From assembly GCA_965214705.1 (NCBI GenBank), contig CBDCCI010000002.1, positions 1,664,001 through 1,728,000 on the forward strand: a stretch of 64,000 bases of DNA. The letters run 5' to 3'. This document shows, piece after piece, positions 40,706-51,127 of this stretch (position 1 is the stretch's first letter; every line of letters starts with the position of its first letter). Both the position numbers and the translations under genes were made by a program. Below the pieces are notes generated by a model. The model was not told the origin of the DNA. It was given only the letters and a program-made list of their open reading frames with translations, and did not search any database. The stretch is from Alphaproteobacteria bacterium. Its GTDB lineage: Bacteria > Pseudomonadota > Alphaproteobacteria > UBA828.

Positions 40706-41125
40706 GACGCCCGCTCGCTTCGGCCCCGCGCAACGGCGCCAAAGCGCCGACGCACGACCGAACCTGTCTCCGCTTGAGCCGGGCTGACAGCCCTCGGCTC
40801 ACACCCCGCTCAGTCCTCGCAGCGTGCGCCCGCATGCCTGCCGAAAGACCGGCGCGAGCGTCGATTTTATGCGCAACTCTGCTGCCGGTGGATGCCGCCT
40901 GACGCTGACATCAGCGCACTTTCCACATAGCTCAACTTCGCCTCTCGTGGCCCGCGGCTTCGTTCAAAAGGGTTGGGCAGGCTCTCGAGAGAGAGCCTGC
41001 CCAACCCTTAACCTTGTGGCTTATGGGTTGTTTCGCGATGGATGTTCTTTTGGTCCTCTATCTGCGTCAATATGCTCTATCTGCATCAATATGCGCCCAA
41101 CAACGCCAAACTGCGCCAATCGACG

Positions 41126-41728
41126 TCAAACTGCGCTCGGCGTGGCGCGCGCCGGAACGGGCCACGGCAGCCCCGCGCGCTCGGCGAAGCGCCGCGCCAT
41201 GCCCCGCGCCGTGCGGTCGCTCGCGTAGCCGAGCCTGCGCGCGATCAGCGGCCACGGCTCGCCGCGCTCCCGACGCTTGTACGCCAGCCGCGCACGGGGA
41301 ATCGTGCCGCCGTCTGCCAGCCGCGCCCGATAGCGTCTCGCCATCTTGCGGGCGGTGGCAGCGTTCGCGTAGCCACAGGAGCGCGCGACATGCGACCACG
41401 ACAGCCCCCGCTGTCTCAGCCAATTCGCCTGCCGGGCGCGAGCCATGTCGGTCGGCCCCCGTGGCGTCCGCCGCCGCAGCCGCTCCCGGTGCTCCACGAG
41501 CCACGAGACGCGGGGATCGCCGGCGTCGGCCGCGCGCAGCGCCAGCCGCTTCACTTGCCAGACGCTCAACCCCGCTGCGCGCGCCGCCGGCGCCCACAGG
41601 GAGGGCGGCAGCACGACCCCGTCCGGTGGCTCGGTCTTGGCGAGCCAACCCAGCGCGCCATGCTCGCGTGACCCCACGCGGGGCGGGAACCAAGTTGCAG
41701 TCTGTCCATCCGTCTGGCCAGCCATCAA
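41126..41728 (-). CDS. Hypothetical protein with two repeated HTH-like units
   Basis: GLSWSHVARSCGYANAATARKMARRY and GEPWPLIARRLGYASDRTARGMARRF; start uncertain. Confidence 0.55.
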   Translation of the reverse strand: MMAGQTDGQTATWFPPRVGSREHGALGWLAKTEPPDGVVLPPSLWAPAARAAGLSVWQVKRLALRAADAGDPRVSWLVEHRERLRRRTPRGPTDMARARQANWLRQRGLSWSHVARSCGYANAATARKMARRYRARLADGGTIPRARLAYKRRERGEPWPLIARRLGYASDRTARGMARRFAERAGLPWPVPARATPSAV

Positions 41729-41980
41729 GAATCCCCCCTCGGCTGCTCACTTCGCCGAATGTTGCATACCCCGCAGGGTGCCGATTCGCCAGATGCGTGT
41801 GGGGATCGTGCGGGGATCGCCTCGACGACTGAAACCCTTGAAATCGCTGGTGTTTGGTATGCCGCGCAGTCGATCGCGCAGGGTTCGCCGATCAGTTGGC
41901 CGCGCTGTCGTGTGTGTGGCCCCGTTCACCTCCCAAAACGGGCTGTTGGAGCGCTGTCCGGCTGTGTTGCAGTCCCCTAA

Positions 41981-43182
41981 GGAAAGTCTGAACAACCCCA
42001 TCTTCTCGGCTTCGAGGGGGAGAGGGGGCTTGGATTTGAAGCTCGACGATATTCCCGACAGGCCGGGGGCTGCTTTTGTCGCGGGATGCGTTGCGAACGG
42101 GCGATATCCACGTCGATCCGCCGCATTTGCCGCCGTCCCGCCCGCAGCGCGCAGACTGCTCCCCTGTCATTGCGTCGCGTAGCGGCCGGCGATCAGCAGG
42201 TTCGAGAACCCCAGTAGCAACGCGATGCGCTGCCTGTTCTTCGCCACGCCCCGGTAGCGCACCTTGGCGTAGCCGAAGTGCCGCTTCACGTACAGGAACG
42301 GATGCTCCACCTTCGCCCGCACCGACGCCTTGCGCGTCTCCGCCGCCGCTTCGGCGCCACCCCCGGCCAGCAGCCGGCGCCGCCCCGGCTTCATCGCCAC
42401 ACGCCACTCGACACTGCCATCCCGGTGCTCAGGACGCTTCTCCACCCCCTGGTAGCCTGCGTCGCCCCACGCCGTCACCTCGGCGCCATGCAGCAGCGCT
42501 CCCGCCTGCGTCACGTCGCTTGCGTTGGCCGCCGTCGTCACCACGCTGTGCGCCAGACCAGACCCGGCGTCTACCCCGATGTGCGCCTTCATCCCGAAAT
42601 ACCACTGCTTGCCCTTCCTCGTCTGACGCATCTCAGGGTCCCGTGCGCGGCGCCGGTTCTTCGTCGACGACGGCGCCTCGATGATGCTCGCGTCAACGAT
42701 CGTCCCCGTGCGCAGCCGATGGCCGCGCGACGCTAGGTGCGCATTGATCTCCTCGAACAGACCCGCGCCCAGATCGTGCCTCTCCAGCAGATGCCGGAAG
42801 TTCAGGATGGTGGTCTCGTCGGGCAGCGCCTCCGCCAGCCGCAGCCCCACGAAACGCCTCACCGACTCCACCTCGTAGAGCAGGTCCTCCATCCCCGGGT
42901 CGCTCAGGTTGTAGAACAACTGCACGCAGTGAACGCGCAGCATCACCCTAAGCGGGTACGGGCGCCGACCGCGCCCCGCCTTCGGATAGAACGGCTCGAT
43001 CCGTCGTTCCAGCCGCTCCCAGGGAACCAGCTTGTCCATCTTCTCCAGGAACAGCTCGCGCCGCGTCCGGCGCTTCTTCAAGTCGTGCTCCAGTTCCGCA
43101 AAGCTTGCCTGTGCCATGGCCCGATCATCCAATCCGCGACTCATGCGCGAATTGTGGCACACCCGACTTGATCAGACCTTCC
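41981..43182 (-). mobile_element. IS5 family element, copy 2; transposase 42167-43117
   Basis: Near-identical to 34375-35576, inverted; intact GTIVDAS; flanks CTAA / CTAG. Confidence 0.93.
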
Positions 43183-43869
43183 CTAGTACTTGAGGCAGAC
43201 CACTTCGTGGAGGGCCGTCATGACCTCGTCCATCGATGCCCCCTCTTCAAGGGGTCGAAACACCACACCCCCTCGGCACATCGCGATGCCGTCGGGAGGA
43301 GACGTCCACTCCAACAGTATTAAATGCCGATCGACATTTGGGCGGAACACTCGCGACCGATCCGACCCGTCTGCCAGTTGTCCGTCACCAGCGGGGCGCG
43401 CTCAGATGGCTCGCAGGGCGGGCGGGGCCGGGGGCAGATCGCGTGAGCGGCTTTATGCGGAGCCCCCAGCTTCTCGTGCGCTGATGGGCCGTTTTCGGGC
43501 CACTGCGGGCCAATCGCTATTTCAGGCCTCTTTCTGTCCACTCGACGAGCACAAAATTGAGCTGGACTGTGTGGCGACCCGAGATATGGGGGGGCGGCTG
43601 GTTGCCGCCGGACCTCCCCCTGTACCTCTCACGATGTTTTCTTCGCAGTGAGGTTGCGTTGTGATTGACGGTGCGCTCTCGGGTTCAGCCAGCAGCGGTG
43701 CTGTCCGCCCGCCGGCTTCGCCGAAGCGCGTAGCGCGGAGGGGAAGACGGCGGGCGGATGCAACCTGCGAAGGCTTCCTACCATCATGCGTGTTCCGTCC
43801 CTTGAGGACGGGACGGGCCAAGGGATCGGGAGCAACCGACTGCCCCCTGCGCCGTGAGCACCTGGGGGG

Positions 43870-46068
43870 GCGCCGGCCCGACACCAGGAGAGTCTTCGCC
43901 AACCGGATGTCGGACTTCCGATTCTCGGTCAGCGCGTGTAGCGCTAGCCTTCTGAAAAGCGAATGGCCCGACAGCACCCAGCGGCGGACCAGGTTGTCCC
44001 CGCGAGCACGGTCGCTCATTGCGAGTTCCAGATAACTGTCGCGAACTAGGGAACCTCTGATTTATCAGGGGTTCCCGTGGCACAGGGATGTGCCACCATT
44101 TTCGGTGGCTGTAAGTCACTGAAAATGTGAGCAAAGCGGAAAGCGCGCTTCCGCCTTGCGCGTCTGAGAAATGCAGGAGGCACTTATTCAGACCTTCCCT
44201 AGGTCGATGAGGTGGCCGAAACCTTCATTACCGTGATGCCGATTCTGGTCGCTCTCCACGATTGAAGGCCGGTAGAAAGACGAGTTCGATGGGATCTCCT
44301 CGTGTTCCAGCCCGAGTGTCAAGGCGCACTCCAGATGACCTGTCAGCATCTCCGCGTGGCGTGACAGAATGCTTGAGTTATTCAGGATTCCCTCGACGTA
44401 AGACCAGGATTCCTCGTCGACTACCACCAGCTTTGGATGCCCGCATGCATCGATGGGCGGGATTGGTTCCGTTTCTCCGTCGTAGTACCGGCCGAACTCA
44501 AGTCGGGAAGAGGGACCTGGGACCACGATCAGACGTGGCGCCATACCCGCGATTGCCATTTCTTCGATGCGACGTCGCTCGCTATTCCAGTGCGCTTCCT
44601 GGTATTGCTGAAGACTCCAGAGGAATCGATGGGGATCCTTTGGTTCGTGGCTCGACAATATGGTCCAAAGAAGCCTCAAACGAGGCGGGATATCCGCGTT
44701 CGCGCCACTAAGATTCATTCGAACCATGTTCCCGAGACCCGGGTGTAAATGCCCGCCGGCGCGCAAAGCCCAACCGAGGACTTGGGGCACGTGCAGATGA
44801 CGAGCTATCCAGCGCGCGAAGTGCGCCCTGGTCGTGTCCAAGGACTGCGGGTTCAGCGAGAGAAATCCACTGTCGACCAAGCGCACGAACGCGGGGTTCA
44901 AATCGTCTGCATCGGGATTTGCCTCCTCAGCGGCACAGCACAGCCACCCTTCTTGCTGGAATATTTCCAGCCAGCTCTCGATCTTCGGGAAATTGACTTC
45001 GTCAAAGATGGGAACCGCCTCGGCAAGCGCCCTGGAGGCGACCGGGTCATCCAATGCCCATAAGACGCGTTCGACCACCGGGTCGCTTGGCCCAGCGGGG
45101 AGTTTGCTAATGCCGTTGAGCGCGATCTGGGGTCGAAGCTGAATGGGGTCGGTTCGGATGCGGGCCCACTCGATGAGTGTCTCGCCGACCAGGCGATGAC
45201 CCTCCCGGCTGTCATACAGGATCGGTTTGACGTTCTTCGCGAGTCAGCCGTCGCGTGCCTTGTCCTGTCCGGCGGGCGTTCCGTCGTGGGGTGCAAACGC
45301 GAATGCGTTTGCGAACCGTGCGCCCTTGGCGCGTTCCGCGGCAAGGGAATCGACCAAGTAGCTCATGACGGGATCGGACACGCCGTATCCGACGAAGATG
45401 ACGGTGAACTCGCGGAACAACTCGGTGACGAACCGCGCTGCCCAGCGTTCGGTCAGATACGCCCTCCCGAAGTCCGCCGCGGTAAGAACCAGATTCGAGC
45501 CGTCGTTGCCGGGAACGATTCGACCGTGCAAATGGACAAGGCTCGACCAGCTGTGCCGCTTGGGCACGGGCAGCATGGGAGCAGCATCGACGAACTGTTC
45601 CCCAGGTCTGGCTTCCACAAACCGGTTGTCGAAATTTGTGGTAACCAGGCGAGCTCCCTGTTCAGTCCGCGAAAGGTCAAGCAGCGCCTCGTGGACGTGG
45701 AGCGGGGCAGTGGGCTGCGTCGAGAGACAATCGATGACCGTGTGCCGCAGGGCGGACGCTCCCAAGCGTTCTGGTCTCTCCAAGAGGCCCAGGGCCTTGT
45801 CGAATTGAGGCCTCCGGAGACTCGGTTCCGGTGCATCAAGGTGGAGGGCCTCCCGCTCGACATCATCTGGCTCCATACGGTTTTCTTGGTAAACGTGATC
45901 CACGAGTTCGGCGAAGTTCGGAAGACCGGAGCCGCCACCGCGAGAAACGCCCGCGCCGCAGAAGAAGACGACGCTGCCGGTGTCGGCCTCATTCATGAGG
46001 TGGATTGGAATCCTCGGTTCATTCGCCACTAGTTCAAGCATTGAGGGCTCTGTCGCGCTCCGTCTCAT
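43870..46068 (-). pseudogene. SIR2-domain anti-phage protein (Dsr1-like), inactivated
   Basis: FFCGAGVS, VTTNFD, VHLHG, FVGYGVSDP; premature TGA at 45244, further disruption, MITE insertion, 3' truncation. Confidence 0.8.
44050..44198. mobile_element. 149-bp IS5-type MITE
   Basis: CTAG TSD (44046-49, 44199-202); ends GGAACCTCTGA / TCAGACCTTCC; removal restores ..GHLIDL-VRDSYLEL.. Confidence 0.88.
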
Positions 46069-46244
46069 CTGTTGTTCGGCACTACAAGCTAAAACGGAAT
46101 CTATAGATTGGACTGGAAGTCTTGCTCATTTCGGACAGGTTTGGGGTTTCACGTGTAGCCGTTGGGCTGGTGACATTTTGGTGACATGGCGGCGTTTCAT
46201 CGCATCATAGCCGCTCAGATTACCCACTAAGTATTTGATTTGAT

Positions 46245-46321
46245 TGGTGCGCCCGGCAGGACTCGAACCTGCGACCCCTTGATTAGGAATCAAGTGCTCT
46301 ATCCGGCTGAGCTACGGGCGC
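46245..46321 (-). tRNA. tRNA-Arg(CCT)
   Basis: 77-nt cloverleaf GCGCCCGTAGCTCAG...CTTGA-TTCCTAA-TCAAG...TTCGAGT...ACCA. Confidence 0.96.
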
Positions 46322-46390
46322 TCCGGTGCCATCGATAACGGCGGAGCAGCGTTTGTCAATCGGGCCGGTTCGGCACGCGGCGACGCCGCG

Positions 46391-47170
46391 TCAGGCGTCG
46401 GCGAGGGCCGCCGGGCTCTCCGGCAGGATCTGGCCGCCGTCGAGTACCAGCGCCTGGCCGGTGATGTAGCGCGCCTGATCGCTGGCGAGGTAGACGGCGG
46501 CGTAGGCGATGTCCTCGGTCTCGCCGATATAGCCGGCCGGGATGACCGACCTGATTTCCTCCACCTGGTCCCCGCCCAGCTCCACCAGGCCCGGCGTCAT
46601 GATCGAACCGGGGGAGATCGCGTTGACCGTGACGTTGTGCTTGGCGAGCTCCAGCGCAGCGCCCATGACGAAGGCGTTCACGCCGCCCTTCGACGCCATG
46701 TAGTGGGCAAGCCCCGGCCAGCCAACGTTGGGGCCGGTGATGGACGAGATCACGACGATGCGGCCTCGCCCTTGCGCCTTCATCTGCGGGATGCACGCCT
46801 GGACCCCGTAGAAGACGCCCTTGAGGTTGGTGTCCATCACGTCGTCCCAGGTCTCGTCGTCCATGTCCACGATATGGGAGGTGGGAAAGACTCCGGCATT
46901 GGCGCAAAAGACGTCGATAGCGCCGTAGCGCTCGACGCAGGCCGCCGCCATCCGCTCCATGTCGGCGCGTTGCCTGACGTCGGCCTGGAGGAACGATGCC
47001 TCGCCGCCGGCGGCCGCGATCTCATCGGCAGTGGCCTGGCCTGCCTCGGCGCTGCGGTTCACAACCAGCACCTTGGCGCCTTCCTTGGCGAACACGGTCG
47101 CGATGCCCTTGCCGATGCCGCGGCCCGCGCCGGTCACGATCGCGGCCTTGCCCTGTAACGTGATCGCCAT
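46391..47170 (-). CDS. SDR family oxidoreductase (FabG-like)
   Basis: TGAGRGIG, NAG, YMASK, ITGQALVLDGG; ATG 47170 with GGGAG RBS. Confidence 0.93.
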   Translation of the reverse strand: MAITLQGKAAIVTGAGRGIGKGIATVFAKEGAKVLVVNRSAEAGQATADEIAAAGGEASFLQADVRQRADMERMAAACVERYGAIDVFCANAGVFPTSHIVDMDDETWDDVMDTNLKGVFYGVQACIPQMKAQGRGRIVVISSITGPNVGWPGLAHYMASKGGVNAFVMGAALELAKHNVTVNAISPGSIMTPGLVELGGDQVEEIRSVIPAGYIGETEDIAYAAVYLASDQARYITGQALVLDGGQILPESPAALADA

Positions 47171-47597
47171 GCTCCCCTCCCGCCGGTTGCGGCGGGACGA
47201 TAACACGAAGCGCGCTCGGCAGGCGCTTGCGACCTTTGCTCCAAGAGCGCGATGCGCTGTCATACAGTCGCAAGGGAGACGAAGCCGTTCTGTCTGGCTG
47301 CTCAACCACCCGGACCATGGTGCGATGCACGGCGATCGCAGCTCGCGCCAGCATCGTGTCATGGAACGCAAGATCGAAGGGGGTGCGGTGCATGAACGCA
47401 GGAAAAGCGGGTGCTTGCTTCTCACACGGATGTCCAGCGAGGGTCATGATCTCCGCAAAATAGAAATTTGCAAAACGAACCCAATTTGGCGTAACGCCTT
47501 GTTTTGTAATGAAATAAGTGATTCCAAGTGAGATTACGCCCCACTTGGAGCCACTGATCGAGTTGCATGCCGCGACTGAGGGGAGAAATCCGGGCTA

Positions 47598-48484
47598 GCC
47601 CGACCTATTCATGGAGAGCCTTGCACATGAGGCTCGGCTGAGGGGTCGCGTCGTGGCCTGACGCGGTTTGGCGCCGGGATCTGAGGATGGGTCGCTATTG
47701 GGTTGAGGGTTGAACGAGCCTGGGTTGTCGGGGCACATCGCCCCGGCGCTCAGGGGCCTGCTGCGGCGAGGCGGCCTGCGAGCAGTCGGAAGAGAGCGGC
47801 GTCCGGGCAGGCCGAGGCGAAGTGGATGCGGACGCGGGTGGCCTTCTCGATGACGCGGGCGCCGATCTTGAGGAGGCGCAGCCTGAGGGTTGCAAACTCG
47901 GCGCGGGCGAGCGGCGCTGTGCGGGGAATGGCGTCGCGGAGCGCGAGCATCAGCCAGTAGGCTGCGGTGTGGAGCACCAGCCTGAGCTGGTTGGCGAGCG
48001 GGCTCTGGCAGGAGGTGCGGTCCGAGGCGAGCTGGCCCTTGTGCATCTTGATCAGGTTTTCGGCCTGGCCGCGGGCGCAGTAGATGTCTTCGTAGAGGTG
48101 GCGGGGCTCGCCCTTGAGCGAGGTGACGACATAGCGGGCATCGAAGCCGCGCGTCGTCGCCTCCAGCCGAGCCACGACCCGGCGTTCGCGGCTCCAGGAG
48201 CGGGCGGCATAGGCGAAGGCGGCGAAGCTGCGCATCCTGTCCGCGCCGGCCTCGGCGCGGCGGACCTTGAGATCGTCGGCCACCTCGTAGGCCAAGGCGT
48301 TGAGCGCGCGGTTGCCCGCGAGGCCGAAGATGTAGTCGACGCCGTTCTGCTCGCACCAGGCCATGGCTTGCGCGCGGCCATAGTGGCTGTCTCCCCGGAA
48401 GACGATCCGAGTGTGCGGCCAGTGGCGGCGGATGCGGCGGACCAGGTGCTTGATGAGGGTGCGGACCTCGATCCCCGAGGGCGT
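47598..48484 (-). pseudogene. IS1380 element, 3' part
   Basis: RGDSHYG, YCARGQAENLIK, LRLRLLKIGARV; end CCCGACCTATTCAT; continues at 55561-55654. Confidence 0.88.
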
Positions 48485-49898
48485 CTTGAACGAAGCCGCT
48501 ACGCGGAGTTAGCGGCGTAGAGTTCATTCATTTCCGAGGCGTCGCGGGTGCCGTTTGTTCTGTGCGTTCGCTTCCCGGTTGCGTCAGTGGCGCTCCGCCC
48601 GTCGGGTGGCGGATCCCCAGCAGCCTCCCGATCACCAGTGGTTAGCATCGACCCCTGCGACGGACCGTCGCCGGATCGGTCCGGCGGCGCGCCGTCGCGA
48701 TCCAGGGAGATCGATAATGACCGGGACCGCGTGCGACACGAACACCGTCACCCCTCTTCGCCAGCGCATGGAGGAGCAGCTCCGCATCGCCAATCTGGCC
48801 GCGAGCACGTCCAAGGCCTACATCTGCGAGATCAAGAACCTGGCCAGGTACTACGACGCCTCGCCGGACGAGCTCGACGCCGAGCAGGTGCGCCAGTGGT
48901 ACCTGGGGCGGATCGACAAGGGGCTCAGTCCGGGCACGACCAACGTCTCCTTCGCCGCGCTGAACTTCCTCTACATCGACACACTCGGCTGGCCTGACCA
49001 TGTCGCCGGCCTGCGCTCCCGCAAGAAGCCCGGCAAGCTGCCGCGCTACATGTCGGAGCAGGAGGTCGAGCACCTCATCCTTGCGACACCCGACCTCCGC
49101 CACCGTGCTGCCATTGTCACCGGCTATGGCGGCGGGCTCCGCATCTCCGAGACCTTGGCCATCAAGGTCGGCGACATCCTGTCGGAGAAGAAGCTGCTGC
49201 ACATCCCCTCCGGCAAAGGCGGCACCGAGAGAATGGCACCGTTGCCGGACATCGTCATCCACTACTTGCGCGTCTACTACAGGAACATCTGGCCGCGTCC
49301 GACGAGCTGGCTCTTCTACGGCGTCTCGCTCGACAGGCCCATCGCAACGGAGACCTTGCAGGCCGCCTTCAGGAGGGCGCGCGACATTGCCGAGCTCGAC
49401 CGCAGCTACACCTTCCATTGCCTGCGCCATTCGGCGGCGACCCATCTCCTCGAGCGCGGCGGCGATATCGAGGTGATCCGGGACATGCTCGGCCATCGAA
49501 GCGCGAACACGACCCGTCACTACGCCCGCGTCACCGGCAAGATGTTCGAGGGCCTCGACCACCCGATCTCAGGCTTCGCAGCGTTGCGCAACTGACGGCG
49601 CGTGGAGGCCGAACGCGCGGGCGTGGCGGAGATCTTCCGCCGCGCCGGCGCCGCTTTCCGTGAGCGCCACAAAGGGCGCATCGACGCCGCCCGGCTCAAG
49701 GTCATGGGCGCCATCGAGGCGTGCCGCACCGCCGTGCTCGGCGGCCACATGTACGCCTGCGAGGGCTGCGGGCGCGAGCATCCGCTCTTCAGATACCATG
49801 AGCACGGTGGCACCGAATCGATTCTGGCGGTTAGACAAGCTCGGAGAGAAGGCCAGCACCTTCTCTCCGAGCGGAATCGTCAACAACGGAGTGGACGG

Positions 49899-51095
49899 AT
49901 GTCGGATGGTCCAGACACGACCGCGCTGACAGGCGCAAGTAGTAGCACGATTTATGTCGCGGTGGAGATCAGCCTCAAATCGTGGATCGTTGGCGTGCAT
50001 TGCCCGGATGCCTCGGGTGGCAGCATCAGCATCCACACACTGGCTGCTGCCGACACGGCGGGACTGTTGGATCTCGTCGGGTCGGTGCGGGAACGGGTGG
50101 CGAGGGAGCTCGGCGCCCGTCCTCGGGTGATGCTGACCTACGAGGCGGGCTACGAGGGGTTCTGGCTTGCCCGCGATATCGAGCGCCGTGACGCGGAGAT
50201 CGATATCTTCATGAACGATCCGGCGAGCCTGCGGGTGAACCGGCGCGCCAAGAAGAAAAAGACCGACCGTATCGACGCGAGGAGGATGGTTCGGGCTCTG
50301 AAGGCATGGGACCAAGGCGATTCGGAGGCCATGTCCTGGGTGCGCGTGCCCGATGTGGACCAGGAGGATGCCAAGCGCCTGCTGCGCGAGAGGGACACGC
50401 TGATCAGCGAGCGTACCCGCGTCAACAACCGGATCAAAGGGCTCTTGCAGTTGCACGGCATCTTCGATCTGGCGCCGCGCAAGCCGGACTTCCTCGAACG
50501 CCTCGCGACCGCGCGGACGGGCTATGGGGCGCCGTTGCCGCCGCGTGCGCGGGCAGAGATTGAGAGGGCGGTGGGGATGCTTCGCCTGGTTGAGGAGCAT
50601 ATCGAGATGATCGAGGCCGAGAAGAGGGCCCTGCTGAAGGCTGGCCGGAAAGCCCAGGACGCGACCAATCGTGACGGGACGGCGATGATCGCGGCGCTTA
50701 CGCGCATCCATGGCATCGGCCTCAATGACGCCACACTGCTGGCTGGCGAGGTGTTCTATCGGGACTTCCGCAATCGCCGGGAGTTGGGCAGCTGGGCCGG
50801 GTTGACGTCGGTGCCGTGGGCGAGCGGAGATGTCGACCACGATCTTGGCATCAGCAAGGCCGGCCCCTCGCATGTCAGGAAGCACATGATCCAGATGGCT
50901 TGGCGCTGGCTGAAGCTGCAACCGGAAAGCGCGATCACGAAGTGGTTCCACGCCTACGTCGCCAGGGATGCCGGTGGCGGGAGGGACCGGCGAGCGAGGA
51001 AGCGGGCGATCGTGGGGGTCGCGCGCAAGCTGCTGATCGCGCTGTGGCGCTATGCCACCCAAGGACTGGTGCCTGAGGGCGCCATCGTCTCCTGA
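49899..51095 (+). CDS. IS110-family recombinase
   Basis: YVAVEIS, YEAGYEGFW, KTDRIDA, WAGLTSVPWASG, AIVGVARKLLIALWR. Confidence 0.92.
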   Translation: MSDGPDTTALTGASSSTIYVAVEISLKSWIVGVHCPDASGGSISIHTLAAADTAGLLDLVGSVRERVARELGARPRVMLTYEAGYEGFWLARDIERRDAEIDIFMNDPASLRVNRRAKKKKTDRIDARRMVRALKAWDQGDSEAMSWVRVPDVDQEDAKRLLRERDTLISERTRVNNRIKGLLQLHGIFDLAPRKPDFLERLATARTGYGAPLPPRARAEIERAVGMLRLVEEHIEMIEAEKRALLKAGRKAQDATNRDGTAMIAALTRIHGIGLNDATLLAGEVFYRDFRNRRELGSWAGLTSVPWASGDVDHDLGISKAGPSHVRKHMIQMAWRWLKLQPESAITKWFHAYVARDAGGGRDRRARKRAIVGVARKLLIALWRYATQGLVPEGAIVS

Positions 51096-51127
51096 GGGCA
51101 CCGGCCGAACGAACGGGAAAATACAGG

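Larger units (their letters stand above)
38347..41012 (+). mobile_element. IS91-like two-gene element, copy 2 (intact, 2666 bp)
   Basis: CTTG at 38347 and 41013; 14-bp inverted repeat TTGAACGAAGCCGC; terminal 19-bp-stem hairpin. Confidence 0.95.

Noticed and set aside
34375-43182. Composite transposon bounded by inverted IS5 copies
   Set aside because: Outer flanks (TTAA vs CTAG) are not a duplication, and the copies differ in sequence.
43187-43870. REP-like or IS200/605-end hairpins (CCCCTCTTCAAGGGG, CCGTCCCTTGAGGACGG)
   Set aside because: Isolated, non-identical hairpins with no associated transposase; insufficient support.
49602-51095. 497-aa IS91-IS110 fusion protein
   Set aside because: Chance in-frame read-through created by the insertion; the IS110 gene has its own RBS and ATG at 49899.
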